DNA of 64,000 nt from assembly GCA_050015475.1 (NCBI GenBank), contig JBEKBI010000015.1, positions 182 through 64,181 on the forward strand, read 5' to 3'. A program made the translations under genes and the position numbers. Of the stretch, positions 9,613-19,115 are shown piece by piece (position 1 is the stretch's first letter; the number at the start of each line of letters is the position of its first letter). The DNA is from Acidimicrobiales bacterium (lineage in GTDB: Bacteria; Actinomycetota; Acidimicrobiia; Acidimicrobiales; Bog-793). The notes under the pieces were generated by a model. That model had not been told where the DNA came from. It worked only from the letters and a program-made list of their open reading frames with translations, and made no database searches.

Positions 9613-10536
9613 TCATGGTTCCTCGGACGGCCGGGCGCGTCTGGTTCGGCCCAGGTGTTCCTGGGCGATCGACCCGGCGATCAACGGGGACTCCGACAGC
9701 ACGAATAGCCCCACGCACATCATCGCGAGCGCCACGCCGTCGAGTGAGAAGGCGCCTATGCCGCCGCGCAGATCGTCCCCGAATAGCCCGACCCCGATCA
9801 CGATGCTCACGATCGGGTCCACGATCGTGAGCGTCGCCTGGGAAGCCGTGATCGGCCCGGCATGAAACGCATCCTGGGTGAACACGAGGCCGGCGAGACC
9901 CCCCACGATGATCGCGTACGGCTCCCAGTGGCTGAATATGTGCCAGAAGCCATACGAGAAGAGGATCGTGGCGGTCTTGGTGAACGCGGCACTGAGAGCG
10001 AAGCACAGCGCGGCCGCGGCCCCGAACCAGGCCGATCGCCACGCCCGAGACCGGAACTGCGCGCAGGCGACGCAGACGCCGACACCGGCGCAGACGGCCA
10101 CAATGAGAATCGTCCATCCGACCGTGGAAGGAATCGTGGTCCCCCCACCGGCGTTGCTGATGGCGAGGAACCCTGCCAGCCCCAGCACCGTGAGCAGGGT
10201 CCCGACCGCTTCCCTCCATCCGAGGGGCGCCCCGAACCAGCCGCGCAGGATGATCACGAGAAACACGAGCTCGGTGACCATGAGCGGCTGCACCACGCTC
10301 AGGGTCCCGAAGCCCAGCGCGACCGCTTGGAAGACGAACGACCCCACCATGAGCCCCAGGCCGACGTGCCAGATCGGGCGCCGAATGGCGTGGTGCATGA
10401 GCTTGAGGCCGTGCCCGCGCTCCTTCGGGGCGGTCTGAAGGCCGAGTCGCTGAAAGATGGTGGTGAGCGCGTTGCACAGCGCCGCGCAGATGGCGAGCGG
10501 GATCGCTACCACAGCGCGCCCCGGGACGTCCGACAC
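9613..10536 (-). CDS. DMT-superfamily-like polytopic membrane protein
   Basis: About 10 predicted TM segments with an SVVQPL-type block. The family assignment is from general resemblance only. Confidence 0.55.
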   Translation of the reverse strand: MSDVPGRAVVAIPLAICAALCNALTTIFQRLGLQTAPKERGHGLKLMHHAIRRPIWHVGLGLMVGSFVFQAVALGFGTLSVVQPLMVTELVFLVIILRGWFGAPLGWREAVGTLLTVLGLAGFLAISNAGGGTTIPSTVGWTILIVAVCAGVGVCVACAQFRSRAWRSAWFGAAAALCFALSAAFTKTATILFSYGFWHIFSHWEPYAIIVGGLAGLVFTQDAFHAGPITASQATLTIVDPIVSIVIGVGLFGDDLRGGIGAFSLDGVALAMMCVGLFVLSESPLIAGSIAQEHLGRTRRARPSEEP

Positions 10537-10727
10537 TGCTCAGCCCCGCCTCGTAGGCCCTCGTCGAGCGGGACGAACATGGCCGCCCGACTCAGAGCTG
10601 AGGCCTCTCCGGCGCAGGCGGGCAGTCCCGAAGACCCGCTGTCAACACGGTCTCGGGCGCGCTCTGAAACCCGAGTCACCACCCCGTCCGGCACAGGTCC
10701 CCTTGGCGACGCGCGCCTGGACATTTC

Positions 10728-11195
10728 TCACAGGTAAAGCCCCGTTCCGTCCTCGAGCCGCTCCGAGGCGACCGCCGGTATGTCGCGCTCGCGCAGGATC
10801 ACGTAGTCCTCGCCTTGGACCTCCACCTCAGAGCACTCCTCCCGATTGAACAGGACCCGGTCACCAGCGCGGATCGAGCGGACGTTGGGCCCCACAGCGG
10901 CGACCTCGGCCCATGACAAGCGCCGTGTCACCGTCGCCGTCGCCGGGATGAGGATGCCTGAGCGCGACCGGCGCTCGCCCTCCGATTCGGGCACGTGCAC
11001 GAGCACGCGGTCGTTGAGCATCGTGATGGGTTGCTTTGCTTCGTCGGAATCTGGCCTGAACTGGGTCGAATCGGGTAACTCCACGACCGAAACGGTAGTG
11101 CGGCCAGCGGGTCGCCGTGGACGCCGCGCTCGTGGGCGTGGCGTGGCGGAAGACCGAAGGACCCGAGGCTCGTGGCGGTCGCACTTCGGCTGCAC
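10728..11195 (-). CDS. GroES-like (Cpn10 fold) protein, start uncertain
   Basis: The C-terminal ~95 aa (MLNDRVLVHVPE...SGILIP...GDRVLF...) match the Cpn10 pattern. The Arg-rich N-terminal ~55 aa of the track ORF is probably not translated. Confidence 0.6.
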   Translation of the reverse strand: MQPKCDRHEPRVLRSSATPRPRARRPRRPAGRTTVSVVELPDSTQFRPDSDEAKQPITMLNDRVLVHVPESEGERRSRSGILIPATATVTRRLSWAEVAAVGPNVRSIRAGDRVLFNREECSEVEVQGEDYVILRERDIPAVASERLEDGTGLYL

Positions 11196-11226
11196 GCGCT
11201 AAGTCGGGCGGTACCCCTCGGCCCGG

Positions 11227-12291
11227 CTAGGTGGGGCCGGCCGCCAGCTGGCCGCAGGCCGCCGCGATGGCGCCGCCCCGGTTCTGGCGGATGGTGGCGT
11301 TCACACCCGCTTCATTCAGCCAGGCTTGGAAGGAGAGCACTCGCAGCCGGGGCGAGCCCCGGAGCCCTCTCGACAAGCCGCCGGGCGTGGGATTCAACGG
11401 GATCAGGTTCACATGCGCGCGAAGTCGCTTCGCAAGCGCCGCCAATTCGTAGGCGTCGTCCGCACGGTCGTTCACGCCGTCGATGCAGGCCCACTCGAAG
11501 GTGATCCTCCTCTTCGTCGTCGCCCGGTAGAGCTCGCAGGCCTCCATGAGCTTGGCGAGAGGGTATCTCCGGTTGATCGGGACCAGCTCATCCCTGAGGG
11601 CGTCGTTCGCCGCATGGAGCGATACGGCCAGGTTCACCTGCAACGGCTTGCTCGCCAGGCGCAGAATCCCCGGCACCACGCCAACAGTCGAAATCGTGAC
11701 ATGGCGAGCACCGAGCCCCAGGTCGCGGTTCATCGCCTCCACCGCGGTCCAGACTCTCTCGAAATTCGCGAGTGGCTCCCCCATGCCCATGAGCACGACG
11801 TTGCCGAGCTGCCCCCAGCCTTCCGACTTGCACCTTCTGGCGGCGATCACCACCTGTTCCAAGATCTCGCCTGAGTTCAAGTGCCGATAGAACCCCGCGT
11901 CTCCGGTCGCGCAGAACCTGCAGCCGAGAGCGCAGCCCGCCTGGCTCGAAACGCAAACCGTCGTGCGGTCGCGGTAACGCATGAGGACTGTCTCGATCCG
12001 CCTGCCGTCGCCGGCCTCGAGCAACCACTTGAGCGTCGTGCCCCGATCCGCCACCTTTTCGGCCACGCAGGTGAAGGCCGCTGCCAGCTCCGGCGCCTCC
12101 TGCAGCCGTGAGCGAAGCGCCTTCGGGAGCTCGGTGATCTCGGCCGGCTCGACGAGGCGCTGATAAAGGGCGTCAAAGACCTGGTCCACCCGGTAAGGCC
12201 GTTCTCCTGCCAAGAGCGTCGCCAAGTCCGCGCGCCCGAGGTCGTACCTGCTCACTCGGCGACGCTCACGAGCGCTCCGCCGGCGCCACAT
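11227..12291 (-). CDS. rlmN: 23S rRNA/tRNA (adenine-C2)-methyltransferase RlmN (radical SAM)
   Basis: Radical-SAM motif CALGCRFCATG, plus GMGEPL and the C-terminal AACGQL blocks. Confidence 0.92.
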   Translation of the reverse strand: MWRRRSARERRRVSRYDLGRADLATLLAGERPYRVDQVFDALYQRLVEPAEITELPKALRSRLQEAPELAAAFTCVAEKVADRGTTLKWLLEAGDGRRIETVLMRYRDRTTVCVSSQAGCALGCRFCATGDAGFYRHLNSGEILEQVVIAARRCKSEGWGQLGNVVLMGMGEPLANFERVWTAVEAMNRDLGLGARHVTISTVGVVPGILRLASKPLQVNLAVSLHAANDALRDELVPINRRYPLAKLMEACELYRATTKRRITFEWACIDGVNDRADDAYELAALAKRLRAHVNLIPLNPTPGGLSRGLRGSPRLRVLSFQAWLNEAGVNATIRQNRGGAIAAACGQLAAGPT

Positions 12292-13192
12292 CGGTCACGT
12301 AGGCCCGGTCGACGTGGTCGTCCGCGAAACCGAGCGACATGTACAACTTCCTTGCCGTGCCGTTGTCCCGGTCAACATAGAGCATGCCCGTGCGCACCCC
12401 ACGGTCGAACAGCGACGCCAGGCCGGCCAGCACGAGCTGGCGCCCCAGGCTCCTTCCCTGGAAGTCGGGGTCCACCGCGACGACATAGATCTCCCCGAGC
12501 GGGTGGGCGCCCTCATCGTCCTCGTCCTCGTCAGGCTCGTGGATCTTCGTCCAGCAAAAGCCCGCTAGGCGACCTTCCCTCTCGTGCAACAAGAAGCCCG
12601 CAGTGTCGAACCAAGGCTGACGTTCGCGCTCGGCGAGCGTGGCCAGGTCCCATGAACCCTGCTCGGGGTGGCCGCGGAAGGCCCTGTTGTTCACCTCCAG
12701 CCATCCCGGTTCGTCCTCCCCCACTCGGAAGGTCCTCACCGTGATCTGGGCGCTCTCCGCAGTTATGGGGAGCGGGCGCCGCATCTGGACCAAGTCCCGG
12801 CCCCGCCGCATGCCGACGGCCTCGGCGACGGCGTCATTCGTCGGCCCGGGCTTAGGCACCCACAGGTGCACGTGACCACCGCCCTGGGAGGCGATCTCGC
12901 CGAGCGCGGTGCTGAGGAGCTTCTCCTGGAGACCGGCGCTCTTCGAGCGCCAGCGGGGGTGCACGACGTACTCGACTGCCCAGCTGGCGTCCTTCCCCTT
13001 GCTGATCTGGGCGTAGGCGATGACGTGCTCATGCCCGGACTCCCGGGCGACGAAGCCGGCAAAGCCCTCGCGGCCACCTTGGACGAGGTCGAGCCACTGG
13101 TGTTCACCGAGGGCGCGGTGTCCGTCCGCGACGCTGGCGGCCTCGACGAGCAGCGAAATGGCGGCGATGTCGGCCTCCCCCATCCGGCGCAT
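12266..13192 (-). CDS. mshD: Mycothiol synthase (tandem GNAT)
   Basis: Two GNAT-like halves with an MshD-like N-terminus (..VADGHRALGEHQWLDL..). The C-terminal GNAT has QGRSLGRQL. The start is taken at ATG 13192 and the track ORF extends 77 aa further. Confidence 0.75.
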   Translation of the reverse strand: MRRMGEADIAAISLLVEAASVADGHRALGEHQWLDLVQGGREGFAGFVARESGHEHVIAYAQISKGKDASWAVEYVVHPRWRSKSAGLQEKLLSTALGEIASQGGGHVHLWVPKPGPTNDAVAEAVGMRRGRDLVQMRRPLPITAESAQITVRTFRVGEDEPGWLEVNNRAFRGHPEQGSWDLATLAERERQPWFDTAGFLLHEREGRLAGFCWTKIHEPDEDEDDEGAHPLGEIYVVAVDPDFQGRSLGRQLVLAGLASLFDRGVRTGMLYVDRDNGTARKLYMSLGFADDHVDRAYVTDVAPAERS

Positions 13193-13260
13193 TATCTCGA
13201 CATCGTGCACATAGCGAAGATACCGCCTGAACCTGGCTCTTCCGTGGCTACCATCCGGAC

Positions 13261-13947
13261 GTGGCCAACAAAGCGAAACCCAAGGCCGTGCGCAACGGGG
13301 CAAAGCGCCGGCCTCTGCAGCGCTCCCGCAAGATCGCCGAGCGCCTGGCGGCCTCCTACCCGGGGACGGCCTCGGAGCTATGCGAGCTCGATCACCACAG
13401 CCCTTATGAGCTGTTGGTGGCAACCATCCTTTCAGCCCAGTGCACGGACAAGCGCGTCAACATGGTCATGCCGACCTTGCTCAAGCGCTACCCCACGCCG
13501 CGGGCCCTGGCGGCCGCCGACCGTGATGAGCTCGAGGATCTCATCCGCTCGACGGGCTTCTTCCACTCGAAGGCCTCCCACATCCTCGGCGCCTCGGAAG
13601 CGATCGTGCTCCGCCACGGGGGCGAGGTGCCCCGGACGATGGAGGAGATGACGGCTCTGCCCGGTGTCGGCCGAAAGACCGCCAACGTCGTGCTCTCCGT
13701 CGCCTACGGACTCCCGGGCCTACCCGTGGACACGCACGTCGCCCGGCTCAGCCGGCGCCTCGAGCTCACGGCCTCAGACGACCCGGTCGAGATCGAGCGC
13801 GACCTTTGCGGTCTTTACCCGCCCGCCGAATGGGGCGTGCTCAGCCTTCGCCTCATCCTGCACGGGCGCAGGGTCTGCACCGCCCAACATCCGCACTGCG
13901 ACAGCTGTGAGCTCGCCGAGTTCTGCCCGTCGCGGGGCAACTTCTGA
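13261..13947 (+). CDS. nth: Endonuclease III
   Basis: HhH motif LPGVGRKTANVVL and the 4Fe-4S cluster loop C..HPHCDSCELAEFC. Confidence 0.93.
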   Translation: MANKAKPKAVRNGAKRRPLQRSRKIAERLAASYPGTASELCELDHHSPYELLVATILSAQCTDKRVNMVMPTLLKRYPTPRALAAADRDELEDLIRSTGFFHSKASHILGASEAIVLRHGGEVPRTMEEMTALPGVGRKTANVVLSVAYGLPGLPVDTHVARLSRRLELTASDDPVEIERDLCGLYPPAEWGVLSLRLILHGRRVCTAQHPHCDSCELAEFCPSRGNF

Positions 13948-14219
13948 TGCCCGGCGACGCCCCGGCCTAGTTCTCCACACAACTGGCGGTGCCATGACAG
14001 AGCCCTCGAGTTGCCGCCGTACCCGGCGGCGTTCGTGCCAATCTCGCGAAGATCTCCGCTTTCGAGGTCACGCGCCGCGAGAGCGCCGCTAGCTTGCAAC
14101 GTAGGAACCGGTCTCCGCCACCTGGTTCCGAACAGCGGACTCGGGATCCGCCGCCCGACCCGCTGCCCACCGGCGTCCTTAGGACGCTGGTGGCGCGCCC
14201 GCGTACTGGTCCTCTCCCG

Positions 14220-14429
14220 TCATCGCCCGCCCGCCATGAGCCTCTCGAGTCGTCGCACCGCGCCCAGCAGGGCGCGCTCCACGGCGATCAAGTTCATCGC
14301 CGCCTCGCCGCGCTTGGCCTTCGACGCGGCGTCGGCCATCTCTGTCACACGACGGCTGATCTGTTCCAGTGAAGACGCTATCGAGGACAGCTCGGAGCGT
14401 TCCGAGGCTTCGAGCGGGTCGGGTGCCAT
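14220..14429 (-). CDS. Small helical hypothetical protein (~69 aa)
   Basis: The frame from ATG 14429 has high third-position GC (about 80% counted by eye) and a coiled, helix-like sequence. No family was recognised. Confidence 0.35.
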   Translation of the reverse strand: MAPDPLEASERSELSSIASSLEQISRRVTEMADAASKAKRGEAAMNLIAVERALLGAVRRLERLMAGGR

Positions 14430-14570
14430 GACGCCATCATCGCCGATCTTGGCCTTTGAGGGACGCTCGGCGGCCACGGTCCTTTCCCGAGGGCTACAGG
14501 GCCTTCTCGATTGCCTCGTCAGCTCGCTTGCTATCCGGGGGGTTTGAGGGCCACCGCTAGAGTGACCCGA

Positions 14571-15356
14571 ATGCGAATCCTCGTCACAGGAGCCGGATCG
14601 GGTGTGGGAAGGGCCACTGCGGCCCTGTTGTCGGTGCGCGGTCATGAGGTGATCGCGACCGCCCGCGACCTCGGCGCCCTCGAAGACCTAGACGTGAGCG
14701 GCCGGCTGCGCCTCGACGTGACCGACGCTCAATCCGTGAGCGCGGTCCGCGCCGAGCTCGGAGCAGTTGACGGCCTGGTCAACAATGCCGCCATCGCCTT
14801 CGACGGGCCGATCGAGAACGTCCCGGTGGCCGAGGTGGAGCTCATGTTCGCCACCAACGTGCTCGGCCCGGTCCGGCTCATCCAGGCCTTCGTGCCGGCG
14901 ATGCGCGAGCGCGGCTCTGGCGTGGTGGTCAACGTGTCCTCCGTAGCCGGGCATGTCGCCCAACCTCTCGGCGGCTATTACGCCGCCACCAAGCACGCCA
15001 TAGAAGCGATCTCCGAGGCGCTGTACTTCGAGCTCGCCCACTTCGGGGTTCGCGTCGTGATCATCGAGCCGGGCTTCATCGCCCCCGGCATGAAAGAGCA
15101 CTCGACAAGCGGCGGCCTGCCCGTCTACGACGAGCTCGAGGCTCAGCTGGAAAAGATCGCCTCGGCCACCCAAGGCGGACCGAGGCCCGGGCCTGAGATC
15201 GTCGCCGAGGCGATCGCGGACGCCATCGACAGCCCGGGCGGGCCGCTCAGGCGGCGGGTGGGCACCGACGCGAACTTGACCCTTGCGGCCCGGAGCAGCC
15301 TCAACGACGACGAGTTCGAGGCCGCCATGCGCCAGATCGTGGGCCTCACCTGGTAG
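14571..15356 (+). CDS. Short-chain dehydrogenase/reductase
   Basis: TGAGSGVGRA cofactor motif and the YAATKHA (YxxxK) catalytic motif. The start is taken at MRILVTGAG. Confidence 0.88.
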   Translation: MRILVTGAGSGVGRATAALLSVRGHEVIATARDLGALEDLDVSGRLRLDVTDAQSVSAVRAELGAVDGLVNNAAIAFDGPIENVPVAEVELMFATNVLGPVRLIQAFVPAMRERGSGVVVNVSSVAGHVAQPLGGYYAATKHAIEAISEALYFELAHFGVRVVIIEPGFIAPGMKEHSTSGGLPVYDELEAQLEKIASATQGGPRPGPEIVAEAIADAIDSPGGPLRRRVGTDANLTLAARSSLNDDEFEAAMRQIVGLTW

Positions 15357-15391
15357 TGGTTCTTGTTTAGGCTCGCAGCCGTGATCGACGC

Positions 15392-16153
15392 GTGACCGCT
15401 CCCTTCGACTCCGGGGCGCCCCGGGAAGCGAAGCGACTCTCCTTCGACGGGGCCTCACCGCTCCCCGAGGGCAGGGCCAAACAGGAGCTCGTGCGGTCGA
15501 TGTTCGACGTGATCGCGCCCCGGTACGACCTGATCAACCGGCTCCTCACTTTCGGCCTCGACGCCCGCTGGCGACGCCGGGCCATAGCGATGCTGGACTT
15601 GTCGCCTTCCTCGGCCGTGCTCGATATCGGCTGCGGGACCGGCGACCTCACCCGCGCCCTCGCAAGCCTCGGGCACAGCTCGGTCGGCCTCGACCTCTCC
15701 CTCGGGATGCTCCGGGCCGCCCACCCCGGCAAGGCTCCCTTGGTCCAAGCCGACGCCGTCGCCCTGCCCATCCGGACCGCCTCGGCCGAGGCGGCCATAA
15801 GCGGGTTCGCTCTCCGCAACTTCGCCGAGCTCTCCTCGGTGCTCAACGAGCTCGGCCGGGTGCTGCGACCCGGTGCCAGGCTGTCTTTGCTCGAGGTCGG
15901 CCAACCACACAACCCCCTCCTCCGACTCGGTCACGGGATCTGGTTCAAGCGCGTCGTGCCCAAGCTCGGCGCGGCCCTGTCGGACCCCGCCGCCTACCGG
16001 TACCTGCCGCGCTCGGTCGCGTATCTCCCTTCGCAGATCGAGCTCGAACGCATGCTCGTCGACGCGGGCTTCGGTGACGTCCGACTCCACCTTCTGAGCG
16101 GCGGCATCGCCCAATGCGTCACCGCGACGCGCAAGGAGACGCGGGCACCGTGA
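15392..16153 (+). CDS. menG: Demethylmenaquinone/ubiquinone methyltransferase (UbiE/MenG family)
   Basis: MFDVIAPRYDLINRLLTFGLDARWRR block and SAM motif I VLDIGCGTGD. Confidence 0.85.
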   Translation: MTAPFDSGAPREAKRLSFDGASPLPEGRAKQELVRSMFDVIAPRYDLINRLLTFGLDARWRRRAIAMLDLSPSSAVLDIGCGTGDLTRALASLGHSSVGLDLSLGMLRAAHPGKAPLVQADAVALPIRTASAEAAISGFALRNFAELSSVLNELGRVLRPGARLSLLEVGQPHNPLLRLGHGIWFKRVVPKLGAALSDPAAYRYLPRSVAYLPSQIELERMLVDAGFGDVRLHLLSGGIAQCVTATRKETRAP

Positions 16154-17445
16154 CCCCGGCCGCGCAGGCTCCCCTTTGCTACGGGACGCGGCCTCTCGAA
16201 GACCGGGACCTCGAGTGGATTCGGGCACGCGCCTATGAGCACGGGCGCGTGCTCGAAAACGACGGCCTCACCCTTCTCGGGCTCGGGACTGCAGCCTCCA
16301 TAGAGCTCCCGAGCGGACTCGAAGACCCTTCGGCTCTCGCCCGCGTCGTCGCCCGGCTCGGCGCCATCGCCGAAGTCTCCTCGGGGGCAGCCACCGTGGC
16401 CTCGGCGTGCCCCTCGGTGCCAATCGCCCTCGGGGCGCTCCCCTTCGACCGCAAAGCGGCCGGGCGGCTCGCCGTGCCAGAGATGACCGTGGTCGCCCGG
16501 CCGGGCGCCTTGGCCACGGCGGTGGTGGTGGGCAGCCGCGAGCGGTTACCCGAGCTCGTTCGCGGTCCCCTCGAGCTCGTGGCGAGGCGCGAGGCGGAGG
16601 TCCCGACGCCGCCGCCCGACGAGTTCACGCTCAGGTCGTCGCGATCCCACCAGGACTTCCTCGCCCGCGTCGACGCCGCCCTCGCCGAGATCGCCACCGG
16701 GCCGCTCGAGAAGATCGTCCTCGCCCGGGAGGTGCAAGTGATCGCCAACCGGCCGCTGCGCCAAAGCGACCTGCTTGAACGGTTGCGAGCGCTCCACCCC
16801 TCCTGCACGGTGTTCGGCCTTGACGGCTTCCTCGGTGCCACCCCCGAGCTCCTCATCAGCCGGTTCGGGGCGAGGATCGCCTCCTGCCCCCTTGCCGGCA
16901 CCGCCGCCCGCAGCGGCGACCCCGAGGCCGACTCGAAGGCGGCCGAGATCCTCCTCCTCTCGGCCAAGGAGCGCAGGGAGCATCGAAGTGTCGTCGACGC
17001 CATCACTATCGCCCTTGCCTCAGTGACCGCGAGCCTGGAGTTTCCCGCGGGCCCGACGATCCGGGAACTGCGGAACGTGAGTCACCTCGCCACCTCTATA
17101 ACCGGGACACTTGCTGCGCGAGAAGGCGGCTATCCGAGCGCTCTGGATCTCGTCGGGCTCCTCCATCCCACCCCGGCTGTGGCAGGAGTGCCGGTGGAGC
17201 TGGCGCTTTCGTCTCTCACGAGACTCGAGGACCTCGACCGCGACCGCTACGCGGGCCCGCTCGGATGGGTCGACGCCCGAGGGGACGGCGAATGGCACCT
17301 CGGCATCCGATCAGCAGTCGTGGAGGGGAGCAGTGCCCGCCTTTACGCCGGGGTGGGCGTCGTCGCCGGCTCCGACCCCGCCGCGGAGCTCGCCGAGACT
17401 CAGCTCAAGCTCCAGGCGTTCCTCGCTGCGGCCGTTCGCCCTTGA
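16150..17445 (+). CDS. menF: Isochorismate synthase
   Basis: Chorismate-binding blocks HPTPAVAGVP, RDRYAGPLGWVD and GVGVVAGSDP. The start is set at GTG 16150, which forms a GTGA overlap with the menG stop. Confidence 0.85.
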   Translation: MTPAAQAPLCYGTRPLEDRDLEWIRARAYEHGRVLENDGLTLLGLGTAASIELPSGLEDPSALARVVARLGAIAEVSSGAATVASACPSVPIALGALPFDRKAAGRLAVPEMTVVARPGALATAVVVGSRERLPELVRGPLELVARREAEVPTPPPDEFTLRSSRSHQDFLARVDAALAEIATGPLEKIVLAREVQVIANRPLRQSDLLERLRALHPSCTVFGLDGFLGATPELLISRFGARIASCPLAGTAARSGDPEADSKAAEILLLSAKERREHRSVVDAITIALASVTASLEFPAGPTIRELRNVSHLATSITGTLAAREGGYPSALDLVGLLHPTPAVAGVPVELALSSLTRLEDLDRDRYAGPLGWVDARGDGEWHLGIRSAVVEGSSARLYAGVGVVAGSDPAAELAETQLKLQAFLAAAVRP

Positions 17446-18283
17446 GGTGGGGCGGCAAGGCCGCGTAGCGCCGCACAACCACCGCCACCTGCTCAGGGTG
17501 GTCGAAGGGGAGGAAGTGGCCACCGGGCATGATGACAAGCTCGGCCCCCGGCACGCGGGCGACAAGCGACCGCGCAGCCGTGACGGGCACGACGTGGTCG
17601 GCCTCGCCGGAGACGACCGCCGTCGGAACCCCGATGCGCAACAGTGACCGCTCCAACTCGGGCGTCTCGGCGAACATGGCCCGCTGCTCGACGAGGAAGC
17701 TCTGCCTCGACCGGCCGACGATGGGGCCGAAATCGGCCCCGATGGCCGCTCGGACCGAGGGGAGGTCCGGCAGCATCTCGCCCACTCGCCCGCCCGGGTG
17801 GCTCTTGGAGTAGCGCCTGGCGCGCACAAAGGCGCGACGGACGGTGGCCGTGCCGGCGCGAAGGATCCCGCTGCCGAGCATCGGGACGGCGAGCAACCGG
17901 TCGAAGCCGGACAGCGCCTCGCCAACCCCGACGGACCCGAGCAGCACCAGGGCGCTCACCCGCTCCGGGTGATTGAGTGCGAGCTCGAGGGCGACGCCGC
18001 CCCCGAAGGAGTGCCCGACGACTGTCACCGGCTCTTGGATGGCGGCCTCGGCCAGCATCTCCGCCAGCGCGTCGGCGTTGGCGGCCATGCCACAAGCCTG
18101 GCGGGAGTTCGACCCCCAGCCCGGCCGGTCCGGTGCCAGCACACGGTGGGACGGGCTCAGCAGGCCTTCGAGCGCCGAGAAGTCCGCCCCGGCGCCCGGC
18201 TGCCCGTGCACGAGCAGCACGACCGGGAGCGCGCCGGGAGGGCCTGACTCGTCGCCGGCGTCGGTGCCGGCGCTCACAGTCAC
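17405..18283 (-). CDS. Alpha/beta-fold hydrolase (possible MenH, unproven)
   Basis: HGQPG oxyanion-region block and the nucleophile elbow GHSFGG. The start is set at GTG 18283, which forms a GTGA overlap with the ppm1 stop. Confidence 0.75.
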   Translation of the reverse strand: MTVSAGTDAGDESGPPGALPVVLLVHGQPGAGADFSALEGLLSPSHRVLAPDRPGWGSNSRQACGMAANADALAEMLAEAAIQEPVTVVGHSFGGGVALELALNHPERVSALVLLGSVGVGEALSGFDRLLAVPMLGSGILRAGTATVRRAFVRARRYSKSHPGGRVGEMLPDLPSVRAAIGADFGPIVGRSRQSFLVEQRAMFAETPELERSLLRIGVPTAVVSGEADHVVPVTAARSLVARVPGAELVIMPGGHFLPFDHPEQVAVVVRRYAALPPHLKGERPQRGTPGA

Positions 18284-19044
18284 CTGGGGACAGGAGGCTC
18301 GGCCGGAACAGGGACAGGCCTCTTCCTCTGCCCGAGCCCGAGGGCTCTCTCGACACCCCACCGCGTCACCAAGACCAGCGCCTCGACGACCGTGAAGACC
18401 GACATCTTGGATGTCCCGAGCTCGCGGTCCACGAAGCTGATGGGGACCTCCCTCACGGTCGCCCCCGCCTGCTTGGCCCTGTAGGTCATCTCGATCTGGA
18501 AGCCGTAGCTCTCCGCTTTTACGGTACTCAAGTCGATACGCCGCAGCACCGAGGCCGTGTAAGCCCTAAATCCCGCCGTGGAGTCCCGCACCCCAAGGCC
18601 GAGGAGGACATCCGCGTAGATGTTGCCGCCCCGCGACAACAACCGCCGCACCAGGCTCCAGTTGGGGATGGTGCCCCCGGGCACATAACGCGACCCGATG
18701 CACACTTCCGAGCTCTCGCAAAGCGGCGCGACGAGGCTCGGGAGGGCATCGGGATCATGAGAGAAGTCCGAGTCCATCTCGACGAAGGCCTCGTAGTCCC
18801 GCTCGAGGCCCCAAGTGAACCCGTCCCGATAGGCGCTGCCGAGGCCGAGCTTGCCCGGCCGCGACAGGATTTCGACATTGCCGAGCTCGTCCCCGGCGTC
18901 GCTCGCGATCTTCGCCGTGTGGTCGGGGCTGTTGTCATCGACTACCAGTACTGAAGCCTCCGGCAAGGCTTTGCGCACACGAGCGAGGACGTCGCCGATT
19001 GTGGCAGCTTCGTTGTAAGTAGGCAGCACGACGAGAACACGCAC
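18280..19044 (-). CDS. ppm1: Polyprenol-phosphate mannosyltransferase (GT2, Ppm1/DPM1-like)
   Basis: LPTYNEA, DDNSPDHT and DSDFSHDP blocks are typical of DPM synthase-type GT2 enzymes. Confidence 0.85.
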   Translation of the reverse strand: MRVLVVLPTYNEAATIGDVLARVRKALPEASVLVVDDNSPDHTAKIASDAGDELGNVEILSRPGKLGLGSAYRDGFTWGLERDYEAFVEMDSDFSHDPDALPSLVAPLCESSEVCIGSRYVPGGTIPNWSLVRRLLSRGGNIYADVLLGLGVRDSTAGFRAYTASVLRRIDLSTVKAESYGFQIEMTYRAKQAGATVREVPISFVDRELGTSKMSVFTVVEALVLVTRWGVERALGLGQRKRPVPVPAEPPVPR

Positions 19045-19115
19045 GTTTGCAGCCTAGGTGGAAACCGCCACGCGGCAACATCGCGCCCGCCCGCTCCGGC
19101 GGGGCCGACGACCTC

